NCBI GenBank assembly: GCA_963843285.1
Contig: CAWJJO010000022.1
Span: 60,985-124,984 of the forward strand
DNA length: 64,000 bases
Direction of reading: 5' to 3'
From: an uncultured bacterium
Lineage (GTDB): Bacteria > Acidobacteriota > HRBIN11 > JAKEFK01
Shown here: positions 61,756 to 64,000 of the stretch, in pieces
How positions within the stretch are numbered: the stretch's first letter is position 1
How the letters are laid out: each line of letters begins with the position of its first letter
Translations under genes and position numbers: made by a program
The notes under the pieces: model-generated
What the model saw: only the letters and a program-made list of their open reading frames with translations
Databases searched by the model: none
Told to the model about the DNA's origin: nothing

Positions 61756-62235
61756 CTAATCTTCTTCGTCCGACTCAGAGACGGCTTGCTGTGTTCCGGA
61801 ACGAATTTCAGGATGGCGGATTTTGCCGCCGAGATTGGCCGTGCGCGCCATCATGGCGCCGACAAACAGCCCCAGAACAAGCACGGCCGGTATGAACCAT
61901 GCCGGGTAGCTGCCCCGTTTCCAGAAAAGGAATGATCCGAATAAACTCAATGCCCCCAGAGCCAGAACCCCAACGAGCGCCCATTCGGCTGACTCTTCAT
62001 GCTCATGGATATCATCTTTTGAAACGCCCGGTAGATGCTCGATCGCGTCTTCAGATGGTTCCCCGGTAAGATATGTTGGAATCGAAACAAGCGCGGACAG
62101 GATAAAGATACCGACGGCAGCTTTCTTCCATTCATCGTTCTTTCGAACAATCGCGCAAAACAGTAGCAAAATGCCGACGAGATTGGTCACGATCGGAATG
62201 TGGTTGAGTATCAGATGGATATACGGATAGTTCAT
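61756..62235 (-). CDS. DUF2231-like four-TM protein with conserved His residues
   Basis: HLILNHIP, TGE, IHEHE and LGGKIRHPE motifs. Confidence 0.7.
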   Translation of the reverse strand: MNYPYIHLILNHIPIVTNLVGILLLFCAIVRKNDEWKKAAVGIFILSALVSIPTYLTGEPSEDAIEHLPGVSKDDIHEHEESAEWALVGVLALGALSLFGSFLFWKRGSYPAWFIPAVLVLGLFVGAMMARTANLGGKIRHPEIRSGTQQAVSESDEED

Positions 62236-62266
62236 GGATCAAATCGCCTCCCGATGCAGTGATGAA

Positions 62267-63656
62267 TCACACTCCAATAGTAACACCAAGAGACTGCTTT
62301 TCTTGCGGCGAAAACTTTGCTGTAAAGTGACCGAGATGCTCCGGTTTGTAAACACACTGCAAGTCGGGAATGCGTTCGATGTTCTCTTTCATTTGTGAAA
62401 ATGCCTGTGCCACGAATCGTAGATGGGTTTCCGTATAGGTTCGTCTCGGGATTGCCAACCGCAGTAGCTCGAGATGCAATCCGCCTTTACTCTGCTTCTG
62501 GGAAAACATTCCGCTGCCGATATCACAGGCGCGGATTCCCCCTTCCATATAAAGGGCGACAGCAAGCGATTGTCCCGGCAAGTGGCGGATGTTTTCCCCG
62601 AAAAAACGGGTCGCATCGACATATACCGCATGCCCCCCGATCGGACGATAGATCGGAATTCCTCTTTCTTCAAGTTCCTGACCCAGGAACTCTACCTGGC
62701 CGATCCGGTGAGCTAGATAATCCTCCTGCACTGCCTCGCGCAATCCCACGGCGATTGCTCCCAGATCGCGACCGGCAAGCCCGCCATATGTGGTAAACCC
62801 TTCCATCAGAATCAATATTTCGTTCAAACGCGCGTAGGTCTCAGGATTGCGTACCGCGAGAAATCCCCCAATGTTGCTAAGGCCATCCTTCTTTGCGCTC
62901 AGGAACATGCCATCTGCGTAAGAAAAGAATTCGCGGGTGATTTCGGTGATGGAAGTATTTGCGTATTTGACATCCCTGGTCTTAATGAAGAACGCATTCT
63001 CAGCGTGGCGGCAGGCATCGATGATCAGAGGTTTGCGGAAACTCTTGCAGATCTGAGATACTTTCTTGAGATTACCCATCGAAACGGGTTGTCCGGCAGC
63101 GCGATTGTTCGTTACGGTCATCAATACGAACGGAACGCGTTCTGAGTAAGTCTTTAGAAACTCTTCGAGCTGCTCCGTATCTATGTTTCCTTTGAATGAG
63201 CAAGGATTCAGGACTTCATTCGCACATGCTGAGGGGATGTCGATTGGTTTTGCGCCCAGCCATTCCAAATTCGCTCTCGTTGTATCAAAGTGGGCATTGG
63301 AAGGCACAATGTCGCCGCGATGAGCCTCGGATGCAAACAACACGCGCTCCGCTCCACGTCCTTGATGTGTGGGAAGAACAAATGGAAAACCGAACAGATC
63401 CTCGACGGTATCACGAAACTGGAAATAACTTTTTCCGCCGGCGTAGGATTCGTCTCCCTGCATCATGGCCGCCCACTGGTCCGAGCTCATCGCGCCTGTT
63501 CCGCTGTCTGTCAGAAGGTCGATGTAAACAGCGCTTGCGGGCACTTGAAACAGGTTGTAGTTTGCTTCTTCCAGAACTCGGATGCGGTCTTCACGCGGAA
63601 TCAAGACAATTGGCTCCACCATTTTTATCCGGTAGGGTTCAGGGATGGTTCCTCAT
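62267..63656 (-). CDS. tnaA: Tryptophanase (beta-eliminating lyase); probable one-base frameshift near the start
   Basis: EPYRIKMVEP, DLLTDSGT, GDESY, HQGRGAE, SAKKD and RLAIPRR; HFDTT and C-terminal HFTA favour tryptophanase over tyrosine phenol-lyase. Confidence 0.85.
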
Positions 63657-64000
63657 TTTGCCTCCACTCCACAGCAAACACGATACTTCTCTTCCGGAAT
63701 GTTCTGGATTGTGGCGTATACCGTTTCCAGTTCTTCCAGGGTGAGATTGCGGTCAATTGCCGGGTACAAGATGGCTTCCTCTTTCTCATTGTGGGCTCCC
63801 AACACTTCCAGTAGTTTCCGTTCTTCGCCGTCGCTGAAGGGATCCGCCTTCTGGACTTTCTTGTGAATCGACTCCAGATGTGCGGCTATCTCTTTGTGCT
63901 CCATCCGCATCACATGGGTTGGGCCGAACTGCGTTCCTGTCTTTTTCTCAAACAGCGGAAACAGGATTTCCTCCTCCCAAACGATGTGTCGCTGCAACCC
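63653..64000 (-). CDS. Hemerythrin domain protein, 5'-truncated by the window
   Basis: RHIVWEEEILFP, GPTHVMRMEH and HNEKEEAILYP motifs. Confidence 0.88.
   Translation of the reverse strand, partial: GLQRHIVWEEEILFPLFEKKTGTQFGPTHVMRMEHKEIAAHLESIHKKVQKADPFSDGEERKLLEVLGAHNEKEEAILYPAIDRNLTLEELETVYATIQNIPEEKYRVCCGVEAK

Noticed and set aside
63610-63655. Selenocysteine at the in-frame TGA
   Set aside because: The position corresponds to a gene junction rather than a catalytic Cys, and there is no convincing SECIS hairpin.

Overview
Gene-dense bacterial chromosome segment of moderate GC. Gene content (DUF4388 proteins, SPOR-SpoIID, kinase-TolB-like-TPR protein, hfq) suggests Acidobacteriota, which is an inference. 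Most of it is housekeeping: rpsA-ihfB-HIT, two acyl-CoA dehydrogenases plus a split B12-dependent mutase whose residues are isobutyryl-CoA-mutase-like, manC plus a diguanylate cyclase, miaA-hfq, class V aminotransferase-serA, hrcA-grpE-dnaK-dnaJ-rsmE-galU, yggS-yggT-divIVA-yggU-hutI, tmk-holB-ispD, gap-pgk-tpiA and oxyR/dps. The right end is an accessory-looking stress block: USP and PA2169 genes divergent from TolC-MFP-RND-DUF2892-hemerythrin, facing hemerythrin-tryptophanase. I found no rRNA, tRNA, CRISPR array or transposase. Most notable signals: (1) at least five families of short palindromic intergenic elements, including AT-rich elements with terminal inverted repeats built of 7-nt units and others built of 8-9-nt units, some supplying start or stop codons; (2) back-to-back sigma-54 promoters in the stress block; (3) probable non-canonical starts (ATA for miaA, CTG for a phosphatase); (4) small genes missed by the ORF track; (5) three probable single-base indels at short homopolymers (rpsA, DUF2892, tnaA), which may be sequencing errors. 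All family calls come from motif recognition, not database searches.
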